A stretch of DNA of 64,000 nt from an uncultured delta proteobacterium (GCA_963816395.1 CAWFKQ010000008.1:96001-160000); one strand, 5' to 3'. Shown: positions 22,247 to 31,951, counted from the stretch's first letter. Numbers and translations: made by a program. The notes: a model not told the origin generated them from the sequence alone.

Positions 22247-23058
22247 GAGCGGCCCAAAGACTCGACGCCCAGCGGGTGCGGCGCAATTTTTCCCTGCGGG
22301 CTGCGGAATACGACAGCCACGCCGCGGTGCAGAGGCGGGTGGTGGACCGGCTGCTGCAACTGCTGCTGGAAGGCGGGCCGGTCGCCGGTCCGGCCCTGGA
22401 GGTGGGGACCGGCACCGGCCGGCTGTCGCGGCGGCTGGCACAGCTCTGTCAGGGGGTGCGGCCGGTGGTTTCCGATATCGCCCACCCGATGACCTGCCGG
22501 GCGGCCGTCACGCTCCCCGGCTGCAGCGCCTTCGACGCCGACGCCCAGGCACTTCCGGTGCGCTCCGGCAGCATGGCCCTGGTTCTTTCCTCCTCCGTTT
22601 ACCAGTGGCTGCCGGAGCTGCCCCTTGCTTTCTCCGAGAGCGGGCGGGTGCTGCGGCCCGGCGGCCATTTCGCCTTTGCCCTGTTTGGCGAACGCACCCT
22701 GTGCGAGCTGCGCGACTGCCATCGGCGGGCGGTGGCCGAGACCGGCGGCCGACATCCCTCCCATGCCCAGGAATTTCCCACTATGATGGAAGTGCAGCAG
22801 GCCCTGGCGGCGGCAGGATTCGCCCATTATCGTCTGCTGACGGCGGAGGAGTGGGAATTCCACCCGGAAGTAGGTGACCTGCTGCGCAGCCTGAAGTGTA
22901 TCGGCGCCGCCAATGCTGCCGCCGACAGGCCGCCCGGGCTGGCCGGCCGGCGAGTGATGTCCCGCCTGGCGACCCTGTATGAAGCCCACCGGCGCGACGG
23001 CCGATTGCCCGCCACCTACCACATCATTTACGGCCTGGCGAGGAAAGCGGTGAGATAG
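22243..23058 (+). CDS. bioC: Malonyl-ACP O-methyltransferase BioC
   Basis: VRRNFSLRAAEYDSHAAVQR, LEVGTGTG, LKCIGA, LPATYHII. Confidence 0.9.
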   Translation: MRAAQRLDAQRVRRNFSLRAAEYDSHAAVQRRVVDRLLQLLLEGGPVAGPALEVGTGTGRLSRRLAQLCQGVRPVVSDIAHPMTCRAAVTLPGCSAFDADAQALPVRSGSMALVLSSSVYQWLPELPLAFSESGRVLRPGGHFAFALFGERTLCELRDCHRRAVAETGGRHPSHAQEFPTMMEVQQALAAAGFAHYRLLTAEEWEFHPEVGDLLRSLKCIGAANAAADRPPGLAGRRVMSRLATLYEAHRRDGRLPATYHIIYGLARKAVR

Positions 23059-23124
23059 GGAGATAGGGAGATAGGGAGATAGGGAGATAGGGAGATAGGG
23101 AGATAGGGAGATAGGGAGATAGGG
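23053..23124 (+). repeat. Perfect tandem octamer repeat (AGATAGGG)x9
   Basis: Nine units counted directly; the first contains the bioC stop codon. Confidence 0.97.
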
Positions 23125-23186
23125 CGGCGGCAGGCTTTCGTGTTTACTATCTCGACTACGTTACTACCTCACTACCTCACTTGATT

Positions 23187-24362
23187 TTACAGGATCTGCA
23201 GGACAGCGCACTTGAGGTACTCGGTTTCCGGGCAGGCGAGCAGGACCGGGTGGTCATAGGCCTGGCCGCGCAGCTCCACCAGGCGTACCGCCCGCCGGGC
23301 CTGGGCGGCGGCCTGGCGCAGGGTATGGAGAAAGACCTCGCGCTCCAGGTGATAGGAACAGGAGCAGGTGAACAGATAGCCGCCCGGCTCCACGAGTTCC
23401 ATGGCCCGGCGGTTGACCGTGAGATAGCCGCGGATCGCTTCCGCCAGTTTCTTGCGGCTCTTGACGAAAGCCGGGGGATCGAGGATGACCGTCCCGTATC
23501 TCTCGCCGGTCCGTCCCGCCTCCCGCAGCAGTTCGAAGACATCGGCGCGGAGAAAGCTGCTGACCCCCTCCAGCCCGTTCAGCCGGGCGTTTTCCGCGGC
23601 CAGGGCGATCGCGCCCGGGGAAATATCGACGCCGGTTACCTGCCGCGCCCCGAAGCGGGCGGCGTGCAGCGCCCAACTGCCGGAATAGCAGAACAGATCG
23701 AGAACGCGGCGTCCTTCCACCCGCCCCCGCAAGGCCAGATGATTTTCCTTCTGGTCGAGAAAATGGCCGGTCTTCTGTCCCCCCGCGACATCAACGCGAA
23801 ACCGCAGGCCGTGTTCGGTGACCGTCAGTTCCGGCGGGACGTTGCCGTGCAGGATTTCCACCCGGCAGGGGAGACCCTCCAGTTCCCGCACCGACGCATC
23901 GTTGCGGGCGACCACGGCCGCCGGCCGGAAAAGCTCCAGCAGCAGGGGCAGGAGCAGCTCCCGGCGCCGCTCCATGCCGAGGGTGAGGAGTTGCACCGAG
24001 AGGACCGCGCCGTAACGGTCGAGCACCAGGCCTGGAAGCCCGTCCGCCTCCCCGTGCACCAGGCGCACGGCCTCCGTGTCGCCGTATAGCGCTTGCCGGT
24101 AGGCGGCGGCAGCGAGCAGGCGGCGACGGTAGAAGTCCTCGGTATCGATTGATTCCCGGCTGCGGGTGAGAACGCGGGCGGCGATCAGGGAATGGGGATT
24201 GTAATAGCCGGCGCCGAGGAATTCCCCGCCGGCGGCAAAGATTTCGACGGCATCGCCACCCTCCGGATTCCCCTCGATGGCGGCGATCTCATTGCTGAAC
24301 ACCCAGGGATGCCCGCCGCGCAGGCGCCGGTCATGGCCTGGGCGCAGGCGCAGGCGGGTCAT
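23187..24362 (-). CDS. rlmI: RlmI/YccW-family class I SAM-dependent rRNA methyltransferase
   Basis: GHPWVFSNEI (PUA), GQKTGHFLDQ, VLDLFCYSG, ILDPPAF, PETEYLK. Confidence 0.88.
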   Translation of the reverse strand: MTRLRLRPGHDRRLRGGHPWVFSNEIAAIEGNPEGGDAVEIFAAGGEFLGAGYYNPHSLIAARVLTRSRESIDTEDFYRRRLLAAAAYRQALYGDTEAVRLVHGEADGLPGLVLDRYGAVLSVQLLTLGMERRRELLLPLLLELFRPAAVVARNDASVRELEGLPCRVEILHGNVPPELTVTEHGLRFRVDVAGGQKTGHFLDQKENHLALRGRVEGRRVLDLFCYSGSWALHAARFGARQVTGVDISPGAIALAAENARLNGLEGVSSFLRADVFELLREAGRTGERYGTVILDPPAFVKSRKKLAEAIRGYLTVNRRAMELVEPGGYLFTCSCSYHLEREVFLHTLRQAAAQARRAVRLVELRGQAYDHPVLLACPETEYLKCAVLQIL

Positions 24363-24661
24363 CGGTAAACGGCGGTATCGAACAGGGCGGCAACGATGCT
24401 GCGGGCCTGATCGGAAGTCACGTGGTAGAAAACCTCCACGCCTTCGCGCCTGCCCTCGATGATCCCCTTGTTCTTCAGCAGCGCCAGGTGCTGGGAAACC
24501 GTGGCCTGCGGCAGCCCGAGGCATTCCCATATCTTCTTGACATTGCAGCTCTCCGACATCAATCCGGCGACGATCTTCAGGCGGACGGCATGCCCCAGGA
24601 CCTTGAGAACTTCCGCCTCCCGGTCGAAGTTCTGCATCTTGTCGAATTCCATCTTTTCCAT
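24359..24661 (-). CDS. ArsR/SmtB family transcriptional regulator
   Basis: AEVLKVLGHAVRLKI, LPQATVSQHLALLK, GRREGVEVFY; ATGA overlap with rlmI. Confidence 0.88.
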   Translation of the reverse strand: MEKMEFDKMQNFDREAEVLKVLGHAVRLKIVAGLMSESCNVKKIWECLGLPQATVSQHLALLKNKGIIEGRREGVEVFYHVTSDQARSIVAALFDTAVYR

Positions 24662-24846
24662 TCCCGTGCCTTTCCTGATGACCTGGTAATAAATTAAATA
24701 TATGGATTTTAACGGTGCCATCAGGAAGAAGTCAAGATCGGAAAACCGCACGCATCCCACTCGACAGGGAAGCCGGCAGTGATTACAATGCAAGATTGGC
24801 CCGTGACCGATCCTGGGCCGGCGCTTCGACGACGGAGTCCCAATTG

Positions 24847-25641
24847 ATGAAACGACTGCTGACCATATGCCTGCTCCTGCTGCTGCCGACGGCGGCGGTA
24901 AGCGCGCCGCTGGCGCCGCAACCCCTTTCACCTGGATAAGCTGGCGGGAGAATCTCTGGATTACGACATCGCCTTTCTCTGGTTCGACCATCTGGCCGAG
25001 GGTCGCCTGTCCTTCAGCGCCGGAGAACGCCCCGGGACCTACCGGGCCGAACTGGAAGCCAGAACCCTGGGGGTGGCCGGTTGGCTGACCGGTGACCGGG
25101 CCCAGCGTTACATTTCCATCATGGAAAAGGGGCCGGACGGGGAGCTGCAATCCCTGTCCCACGAAGCGATCATCCTCAAGGGGCAAGGGGAAGGATCTGC
25201 GCCGGAGGAGCAAGCGCTACTCTTTCGACTACTACCAAAGGGGAGGTCCTCTACCAGCGCTTGAAGGAAGGGAAGGTCAAACGGGAGGAGGTTCTCCCTC
25301 TGGACCGTAAGACTGCGCCGATAGACGTCCTGACGGCATTCATCAATTTTCGCGCCGGGCTGGTCGGGCCGCTCCGGCCGGGGGCGCGCTACACCATTCC
25401 CACCTTCAGCCACAAGGGCGATTCCAATATCATCGTGGAAACGGTCCCGGAAGAGGCGCGGGAGAATTATCCAGCCTTCCCCCGCCGCGGCCTGCTCGCC
25501 CGGGTCACTGTCGACCCGGAGATATTCGATACCGGCGGCGGCTATATATACGTCTGGTTCGACGAAGCCGGCCGGCCGGCCCGCGCCGCCGTCGAAAATG
25601 TCATCGGGATGGGGGATGTGCGGGGGACCCTGCGCCATTAG
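24847..25641 (+). CDS. DUF3108-like exported protein; several frameshifts
   Basis: Signal peptide MKRLLTICLLLLLP, GENLDYDIAFLWFDHLAEG, and the ending VIGMGDVRGTL. Confidence 0.6.
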
Positions 25642-25648
25642 CCATAAT

Positions 25649-25781
25649 GGCTGATGAAAAACGCCCATCTGCGGCGTTGCCCTCATCCTTTGTCAACGAC
25701 CTACTTTTCAGGTACGCCTTGGGCAGACACAAGGTCTGCCCCTACGGGATTTGCCTTGCATCGAGGCATTTTTGCCCAGCC
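25649..25781. mobile_element. Putative MITE-like non-coding element containing a GTAG-type REP hairpin
   Basis: Imperfect terminal inverted repeats GGCTGATGAAAAACGC and GCATTTTTGCCCAGCC. The internal 25721-25745 reads GTAGGGGCAGACCTTGTGTCTGCCC on the minus strand. Confidence 0.55.
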
Positions 25782-25850
25782 TGAGATAACGACTTCTTCA
25801 AAAACTGCCAGGGACAAGACCCGATCGTTCCCGAAAGGAATACTGCATTC

Positions 25851-27500
25851 ATGCGCCAGGAGATCATCCATGTCGTCGGGCACAAGAATCCCGATACCGA
25901 TTCCATCTGCAGCGCCATGGCCTACGCCCGCCTGCGGCAGCTGCAGGGGCTGGAGGCGGCCCAGGCGGCGCGGGCCGGCAACATCAATCGCCAGACCGAG
26001 TTCGTCCTCGATGAGCTCGCCCTGCCGGTGCCGCCCCTGCTGGTGGATGTCCACCCGCGGGTGCGCCACGTGGTCGGCGAGCACGTGGTCACCATCCACC
26101 GGGAGGCGCCGTTGTCGCGCGCCCTGGAACTGTTTCATCTGCATGGCGTGCGCCTGCTGCCGGTGGTGGATGATGACCAGCGGCCGCTCGGCATCCTTTT
26201 CCTCAAGAAGCTGGCGGAGCGCTTTCTGGTCCCCAGCCAGGAAAAGGAGATCCGCCGGGTGCTGAGCTCGGCAGACTCGATCCGACGGTGTTTGAAGGCC
26301 ACCCCGCTGCACTGTGCGGACGGCGATGCGGTGGAGGAACTGCAGTTGTATGTCGGGGCGATGGCTTCCGCCACTTTTCACCGGAAAATGGAGGGTCTCG
26401 ACCCCCGGCGGATGGTTCTTATCACCGGCGACCGGGAAAATATCCAGCGGGAGGCGGTGGAAATGGGGGTGCGGGTGCTGATCGTCACCGGCGGCCTGCC
26501 GGTATCGCCGGCGATCGTGGCCAGGGGGCGGGAGCAGGAGGTGAGCATCCTTTCCACGCCCTTCGATTCCGCCACCGCCGCCTGGCTGACCCGCCTGGCC
26601 ACGCCGGTCCATTGCCTGATGCAGACCGACTTCGGCCAGACCGGGCTGGAGGAGCGCCTGGACGATCTGCGTCTGAAACTGCTGCACAGCCCCGATCCGG
26701 GGGTGGTGGTGCTGGACGGGGCAGGGAAGGTGGCGGCCGTCGCCACCAAGAGCAACCTGCTCGCCTCCTCGCCGGTGAAGCTGATCCTGGTCGACCACAA
26801 CGAGCTGTCGCAGGCGGTGACCGGCGCCGACAAGGTGGAGATCCTGGAGGTGGTGGACCATCACCGGCTGGGGAATTTCCACACCGACATGCCGATCCGC
26901 TTCATCAACCAGCCGCTGGGGAGCACCTGCACGGTGGTGGCCACCCTCTACCGCCAGGCCGGCCTGACTCCCGATCCCGCCACCGCCGGTCTGATGCTGG
27001 CGGGGCTGCTCTCCGATACGGTCATCCTCAAATCCCCCACCACCACCGGCACCGACCGGGAAATGGCGCGCTGGCTGAGCGACCTCTCGGGCCTCGACCC
27101 GGCCGATTTCGGCCGCCGCATCTTCGGCGCCGGCAGCGCCCTGGCCGCTTACCCCTCGGTGCGCCAGCTGATCCTGGCCGATTTCAAGGAATACCAGGCG
27201 GGGGAGAGTTCCTTCGGCGTGGGGCAGGTGGAAGTGATCAGCTTCCACGAATTCCAGGGGATGAAAGGGGAGATCGCCGCCGGCCTGGCGGCCGTCAAGG
27301 AAGAGCGGAGGCTCGACCTGGCCGGCCTGCTGGTCACCGACATCGTCCAGGAGACCAGCCTGCTGCTGGCCCTCGGCGGCAAGGAGTTTCCCTACCTCAT
27401 CGGCTATCCGCAGGTCGAGGAGAACCTCTACGAGCTCAAGGGCGTTCTCTCCCGCAAGAAGCAGCTGGTGCCGCATCTGCTGAAGGTGCTCAAGACGTAA
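25851..27500 (+). CDS. ppaC: Manganese-dependent inorganic pyrophosphatase (family II) with CBS and DRTGG domains
   Basis: GHKNPDTDSICSA, CBS pair, ITGDREN..VTGG, LVDHNE, VDHH, SRKKQLVP. Confidence 0.92.
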   Translation: MRQEIIHVVGHKNPDTDSICSAMAYARLRQLQGLEAAQAARAGNINRQTEFVLDELALPVPPLLVDVHPRVRHVVGEHVVTIHREAPLSRALELFHLHGVRLLPVVDDDQRPLGILFLKKLAERFLVPSQEKEIRRVLSSADSIRRCLKATPLHCADGDAVEELQLYVGAMASATFHRKMEGLDPRRMVLITGDRENIQREAVEMGVRVLIVTGGLPVSPAIVARGREQEVSILSTPFDSATAAWLTRLATPVHCLMQTDFGQTGLEERLDDLRLKLLHSPDPGVVVLDGAGKVAAVATKSNLLASSPVKLILVDHNELSQAVTGADKVEILEVVDHHRLGNFHTDMPIRFINQPLGSTCTVVATLYRQAGLTPDPATAGLMLAGLLSDTVILKSPTTTGTDREMARWLSDLSGLDPADFGRRIFGAGSALAAYPSVRQLILADFKEYQAGESSFGVGQVEVISFHEFQGMKGEIAAGLAAVKEERRLDLAGLLVTDIVQETSLLLALGGKEFPYLIGYPQVEENLYELKGVLSRKKQLVPHLLKVLKT

Positions 27501-27559
27501 AAGACCTTGTCGTTGACACAAATGGCCAAAGAGTGCGCCAGGCAATAAAGGGCGGGCGA

Positions 27560-27648
27560 GGGGAGTTTCACATCGGGCCTGCGAAGGGCGGCTTCTTGGC
27601 GATGACTGTTTCGTCGATGCCATCCTCGGGAAAGCCGGGGAGGAGTGA
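27560..27648 (+). pseudogene. Short remnant resembling the C-terminal part of a Y1/RAYT-type transposase
   Basis: Across a frameshift it reads EFHIG...RLLGDDCFVDAILGKAGEE*. The resemblance is from memory and was not verified by a search. Confidence 0.3.
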
Positions 27649-27832
27649 GAGGTGCTGGAGAGCGCCAGGAAAAGGCCCGGGTGGAGAGGTTAGCGCAGGG
27701 GGGGCTTTTCACGCAATTTAAACCTGATATGCTTTCGTCAGATGCTAGCGGGAATGCCTATAGCCGGCATTCCTGAACCCTTTTTTAGGGGTTCCACACG
27801 GTAACTGCCAAAAGCAGACAGGAGAGATAGAA

Positions 27833-28351
27833 ATGCGTTACCTCATTTTAACCGTCGCGACGGTTTTCGCGGTCAGTCTGGTCAGCGGCCAGACGCTGGC
27901 TACGGCGCAGACGAGAGCCGCCTATGGACAAGACCAGCAGGCCGAGAAGCAGCAGTCCCAGCAAACAATTGGGCAAAATCAACAACAGGGGCGACAGAAT
28001 GGCTCCCAACAACTCAACTCGGACCAGGTGCGGAAGCTCCAGCAGGCTCTGAAGGACAAGGGGTACAACCCTGGCCAGGTTGACGGAATCATCGGTTCCC
28101 AGACCCGGCAGGCCTTACGGCAGTTTCAGCAGTCGCAGGGGATCGCCTCCACGGGCAAGGTGAACCCGAAGACTCTGCAGGCCCTCGATATCAATTCCCA
28201 GGAATTCATGGGTCTGGCGCCACAATTCGGCGAGCAGAATCAACAACAGTACCAGCAACAGGAAAAAACGCAGAAACAACAAGAGTACCGGAATACCTGG
28301 GAACAACAGCAGAAGCAGCAGGGTGGGGGAAGCAGCCAGTCAGGCCAATAA
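27833..28351 (+). CDS. Exported Gln-rich protein with a PG_binding_1 peptidoglycan-binding domain
   Basis: Signal peptide and QVRKLQQALKDKGYNPGQVDGIIGSQTRQALRQFQQSQGIASTGKVNPKTLQAL. Confidence 0.88.
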   Translation: MRYLILTVATVFAVSLVSGQTLATAQTRAAYGQDQQAEKQQSQQTIGQNQQQGRQNGSQQLNSDQVRKLQQALKDKGYNPGQVDGIIGSQTRQALRQFQQSQGIASTGKVNPKTLQALDINSQEFMGLAPQFGEQNQQQYQQQEKTQKQQEYRNTWEQQQKQQGGGSSQSGQ

Positions 28352-28382
28352 CCAACCTGTGAACCATATACCATGCAATTTC

Positions 28383-28409
28383 GAGCCGGGAGGCATCTCC
28401 CGGCTTTTT
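28383..28409 (+). terminator. Rho-independent terminator
   Basis: AGCCGGGAG-GCAT-CTCCCGGCT followed by a T run. Confidence 0.65.
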
Positions 28410-28634
28410 CTATCGCATGGCAGTGGGCGTGATGCAAAAAGTATATTGTCGACAGACATTCCACTGTTGGGGGGCGTTCATGTGATCTTTCTTGCCTTCG
28501 ATGCGGCGCAAGTTATTGGCAGGTAATTTTCATTTTGTAAAGTAAAAACAAACACCATCCCCTGATTGGTTGATAAAGAAACATTCTGTGTTTCAAGCGG
28601 GGCCTTGCGCCCCGCTTTTTTACCCCCAACCTTT

Positions 28635-30535
28635 GATGCATTCGCAAAAGTGTAAAAAGTTGGCAACTGCTTGAATTTATGAAACTATTTCTACTTTTCC
28701 CTTGATTCGAAGTTGGTATTTTGATAGGATAACCTTTGTAAAATCAACTGGTTATCCGGAGCTTCCATGATTCACGTCAAAGACCACAAAACCCGCGACA
28801 TGTTTAGTCCCTTCGCTCATCTGGGGCCGAAGCGGCTGGCGCTTCTTGAAAAATCCTGGGCGCATCTGTTTCGCGAAGAAATTCTGCATCGGCTTCCGGC
28901 CGAGAAGCTTTTTTCCTTCTACGATGAGCTCAAGGGGCGTCGCACAAAAGAACTCTACGCCATGCTGGGGCTTCTGATCCTGCAACAGATGCAGGACATG
29001 ACCGACGACGAGACCGTGCACCAGTTTGCCTTCAATATCCAGTGGCAGTATGCCCTGAATGTCACTGAAGCCACGGACTTTCACGCCTATGTCTGCCCCC
29101 GCACTCTCTGGGGTCTGCGCGATTTGGTCAGCCGCCACCAGCTTGAGCAGGCGCTCTTTGAGAATGTCACCGAAACCCTGCAACGGCTCTTTTGTCTCGA
29201 TGCGAGCAAGCAGCGCCTGGATTCGGTTCATCTGTTCTCCAACATGCGCCACCTGGGGCGGATTCGGCTCTTTGTCGCCACCATCCGCAAGTTTCTCGTC
29301 AATCTGAAACGGCACCACAAGGCGCTCTTCGAAGCCCTTGGGGCCGAGTTGACGGATAGGTACCTGAGCAAGAAGGGCGAATCGCTCTTCGCGGCGGTCA
29401 AGCCGAGTGAATCCGCCAATACATTGCAGAAGCTCGGAGATGATCTCTTCGCCCTGGTAGGGCGCTTCGGGAAGCTGGAGGACATTTGCTCCATGAGCAG
29501 CTACCAGCTTCTGACGCGTCTACTGCGTGAGCAGTGCGTGGTTGCCGATACCGCTTCCTGCGGCAAGGCCGTCACGGTAAAACCCAACAAGGATGTCCCC
29601 TCCGACTCTCTGCAAAATCCATCCGATCCGGATGCCGGCTACAGCGGCCACAAGGGTAAAGGCTTCCAGGCCCAGGTTATGGAGACCTGCTCAAGCGCCG
29701 AAGAGAAGGAGCAACCCAACCTGATCACCCACTTCAAGGTGGAGGCGGCGCATGAAAGTGATGTCCATGCCCTGCTTCCCGCCATCAAGGATGCCAGAGA
29801 GCGAGACCTAGCACCGACGCAGGTGCTGGCCGACTCTCTATACGGCAGCGATGAGAACATCGAGAAGGCCGCTGCCTTGGGTGTTGAGGTGGTTGCCCCC
29901 ACCATGGGCAAAGTCAAAGAGAAGGGGCTCTCTCTGGCGGACTTCGAGTTCACCGACAGCAACGAACTTCTGCGCTGTCCAGCGGGTCACGCTCCGGAGC
30001 GAGACAGGGTCGGCAAGGGCGGCGGCCACCGCGTGCAGTTTGCCAAAGATCTTTGCGACGCCTGCGAGAAGCAATCCGACTGTCCGGTGATCCGGGAAAA
30101 GCGGCACTGCACCCTCAGCTATGACGACAAGGCGCTGCGACTCGCCCGGCGACGCGCGATAGAAAAGAGCTGCGCATTCCGAGATATCTACCGCCTGCGC
30201 GCTGGCATTGAAGCAACCATGTCCGACCTTGATCGGATCACCGGCCTCAAGCATCTGCGCGTGCGAGGGATGCGGGCGGTAAGGTACGCGGCAACGCTCA
30301 AGGCCACCGGACTTAATATCCTGAGGTCAACAGCATTCAGGAGCCGACGTCCGAAAAGGAATAAAGGTGGTGATCCCTCGGATTCGAGCCCAAATGGCCT
30401 TGTTTTGGTTCTCAAAGAGCGGTGTATGTCGGCCGCAAAGTTCTTCCGAGAAAGTTTGGCGATGAGATTCCCGAGGAACCACTTCCCGGCTGATTTCTTG
30501 ACCGGGGTCGCCTGAAACTAATTTGCGAGCGCATC
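28635..30535 (+). mobile_element. Complete insertion sequence, about 1.9 kb, IS1182/IS5-like DDE element
   Basis: Inverted repeats GATGCATTCGCAAA and TTTGCGAGCGCATC (12/14 match), flanked by the direct repeat AACCTTT at 28628-28634 and 30536-30542. Confidence 0.88.
28767..30515 (+). CDS. DDE transposase (IS1182/IS5-like)
   Basis: QRLDSVH, LQNPSDPDAGY, VLADSLYGS, CPAGH, YRLRAGIEATMS; enclosed by the inverted repeats. Confidence 0.9.
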   Translation: MIHVKDHKTRDMFSPFAHLGPKRLALLEKSWAHLFREEILHRLPAEKLFSFYDELKGRRTKELYAMLGLLILQQMQDMTDDETVHQFAFNIQWQYALNVTEATDFHAYVCPRTLWGLRDLVSRHQLEQALFENVTETLQRLFCLDASKQRLDSVHLFSNMRHLGRIRLFVATIRKFLVNLKRHHKALFEALGAELTDRYLSKKGESLFAAVKPSESANTLQKLGDDLFALVGRFGKLEDICSMSSYQLLTRLLREQCVVADTASCGKAVTVKPNKDVPSDSLQNPSDPDAGYSGHKGKGFQAQVMETCSSAEEKEQPNLITHFKVEAAHESDVHALLPAIKDARERDLAPTQVLADSLYGSDENIEKAAALGVEVVAPTMGKVKEKGLSLADFEFTDSNELLRCPAGHAPERDRVGKGGGHRVQFAKDLCDACEKQSDCPVIREKRHCTLSYDDKALRLARRRAIEKSCAFRDIYRLRAGIEATMSDLDRITGLKHLRVRGMRAVRYAATLKATGLNILRSTAFRSRRPKRNKGGDPSDSSPNGLVLVLKERCMSAAKFFRESLAMRFPRNHFPADFLTGVA

Positions 30536-30540
30536 AACCT

Positions 30541-31797
30541 TTAATTCTCAACCGATTTCCGGTCTGAGTGGGAGCGCGGCGCCACGCCAGGCTGGCGGCG
30601 CCTGAGCTTCCAGGTGTAGATGAGCAGAGGGAACATCAACAGGGCGGAGCAGGCATAGGGAAAGGCGGGGTTGAGCTGGTAGAGACTGGTGCCGATCATC
30701 GGTCCCAACACAAACCCCGCCGCCGGGCAGGCAGAGATCAGGCCTCCCACCGCTCCCTGCTCTTCGGCGCCTACGGAAAGGGAGGCTCCGGCCGTATAGG
30801 CCGGAGCCACCATGCCCAGTCCCCCTCCCAGAATCCCCATGGCGGTGATCAGCAGGGCGATGCTGCCGGCGGCGAGCAGGGTGGCATAACCCACGATCAG
30901 TACCGGCAATCCCAGGGTCATCAGCCGAAGGGGGGTCATCTTCGCTCGCCGTGCCAGCCAGGTCTGGGCGATGAAGGATATCATTGCCGAAACCATCATC
31001 CCCATGCCGAGAACCTGGGCGGTGGTTTTGCCATCAAGAGTGAATTTGTCCTGAAAATAGAAGCCGATGGTCTGGCTCATCATCGAAAATGCGCAAAAAG
31101 TGACGAACCCGACCAGGATATAGGGAAAGTAGCGCTGGTCGAAAATCTTCAGCCGCGCCCTGGCCGCAGAGGCCGGATACTGCCTGACGGGTTCCTGCAG
31201 AATTATGGCGAGCAGGATAGAGCTGAGCAGGGTGACGGCGGCGGCGATATACAGCGGTGCCAGCAGGCCGAAAGCGGCAAACAGACCGCTCATCGCCGGT
31301 CCGAGGATCGCGCCGAGGGTGCGGGCAGCGCCCAGACGCCCCATTCCCGCCATGCGCTGGCCGGCAGTGGTGGTATCGGCGATATAGGCCGAGGCGGCGC
31401 TGGGCGAAGCCGACATCAGCGACGCCATGAGGACTCGCGAGGTAATGGCCAGCAGATAAAGGAGACCCCCCGCCAGCAGGCCCTGGAGCCCAAGGAGAAA
31501 TATCGAAGCGAAGAGCAGGCAGCCGAAGGTATAGCCCAGTTGCCCCAGCAGGAGGACCGGCTTGCGCCCCCAGCGATCGCAGGTTCGTCCCCAGATCGGA
31601 CTGGAAATGGTGAAGACCAGGGAAGAGCAGGTGATGATCAGGCCGATCTGGATTTCGTGAAAACCGACCTCGCGGCCGAGCGGCGCCAGCAAAGCAAAGG
31701 TCATCGATTGCCCAACGCCGGTAGACAGAACGCTGAACAGGACCAGACCGGTGGCCAGGCCGGGAGAGACAGGGCGGGAAATTTTCCGGCGTGTCAT
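30541..31797 (-). CDS. MFS transporter (TetA/DHA1-like)
   Basis: Motif A WGRTCDRWGRKPVL, AYIADTT, GAILGPAMSG; about 12 hydrophobic segments. Confidence 0.9.
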   Translation of the reverse strand: MTRRKISRPVSPGLATGLVLFSVLSTGVGQSMTFALLAPLGREVGFHEIQIGLIITCSSLVFTISSPIWGRTCDRWGRKPVLLLGQLGYTFGCLLFASIFLLGLQGLLAGGLLYLLAITSRVLMASLMSASPSAASAYIADTTTAGQRMAGMGRLGAARTLGAILGPAMSGLFAAFGLLAPLYIAAAVTLLSSILLAIILQEPVRQYPASAARARLKIFDQRYFPYILVGFVTFCAFSMMSQTIGFYFQDKFTLDGKTTAQVLGMGMMVSAMISFIAQTWLARRAKMTPLRLMTLGLPVLIVGYATLLAAGSIALLITAMGILGGGLGMVAPAYTAGASLSVGAEEQGAVGGLISACPAAGFVLGPMIGTSLYQLNPAFPYACSALLMFPLLIYTWKLRRRQPGVAPRSHSDRKSVEN

Positions 31798-31951
31798 GGA
31801 TGCCGCATCTTTGCCTCGGTTCCGGCGCTGGATATTACCTGATCAGGGATAGCTGTTGCCATAGGTTATAGAGCGGTACACCGGTTCGCTGCACAAATCC
31901 GCAGATCGACGCCGCCACGGCGAAGAAAAACCGTTTTCCGGATGAAAGGAG

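Noticed and set aside
23053..23124. CRISPR array
   Set aside because: Contiguous 8-bp units with no spacers, and no cas genes in the window.
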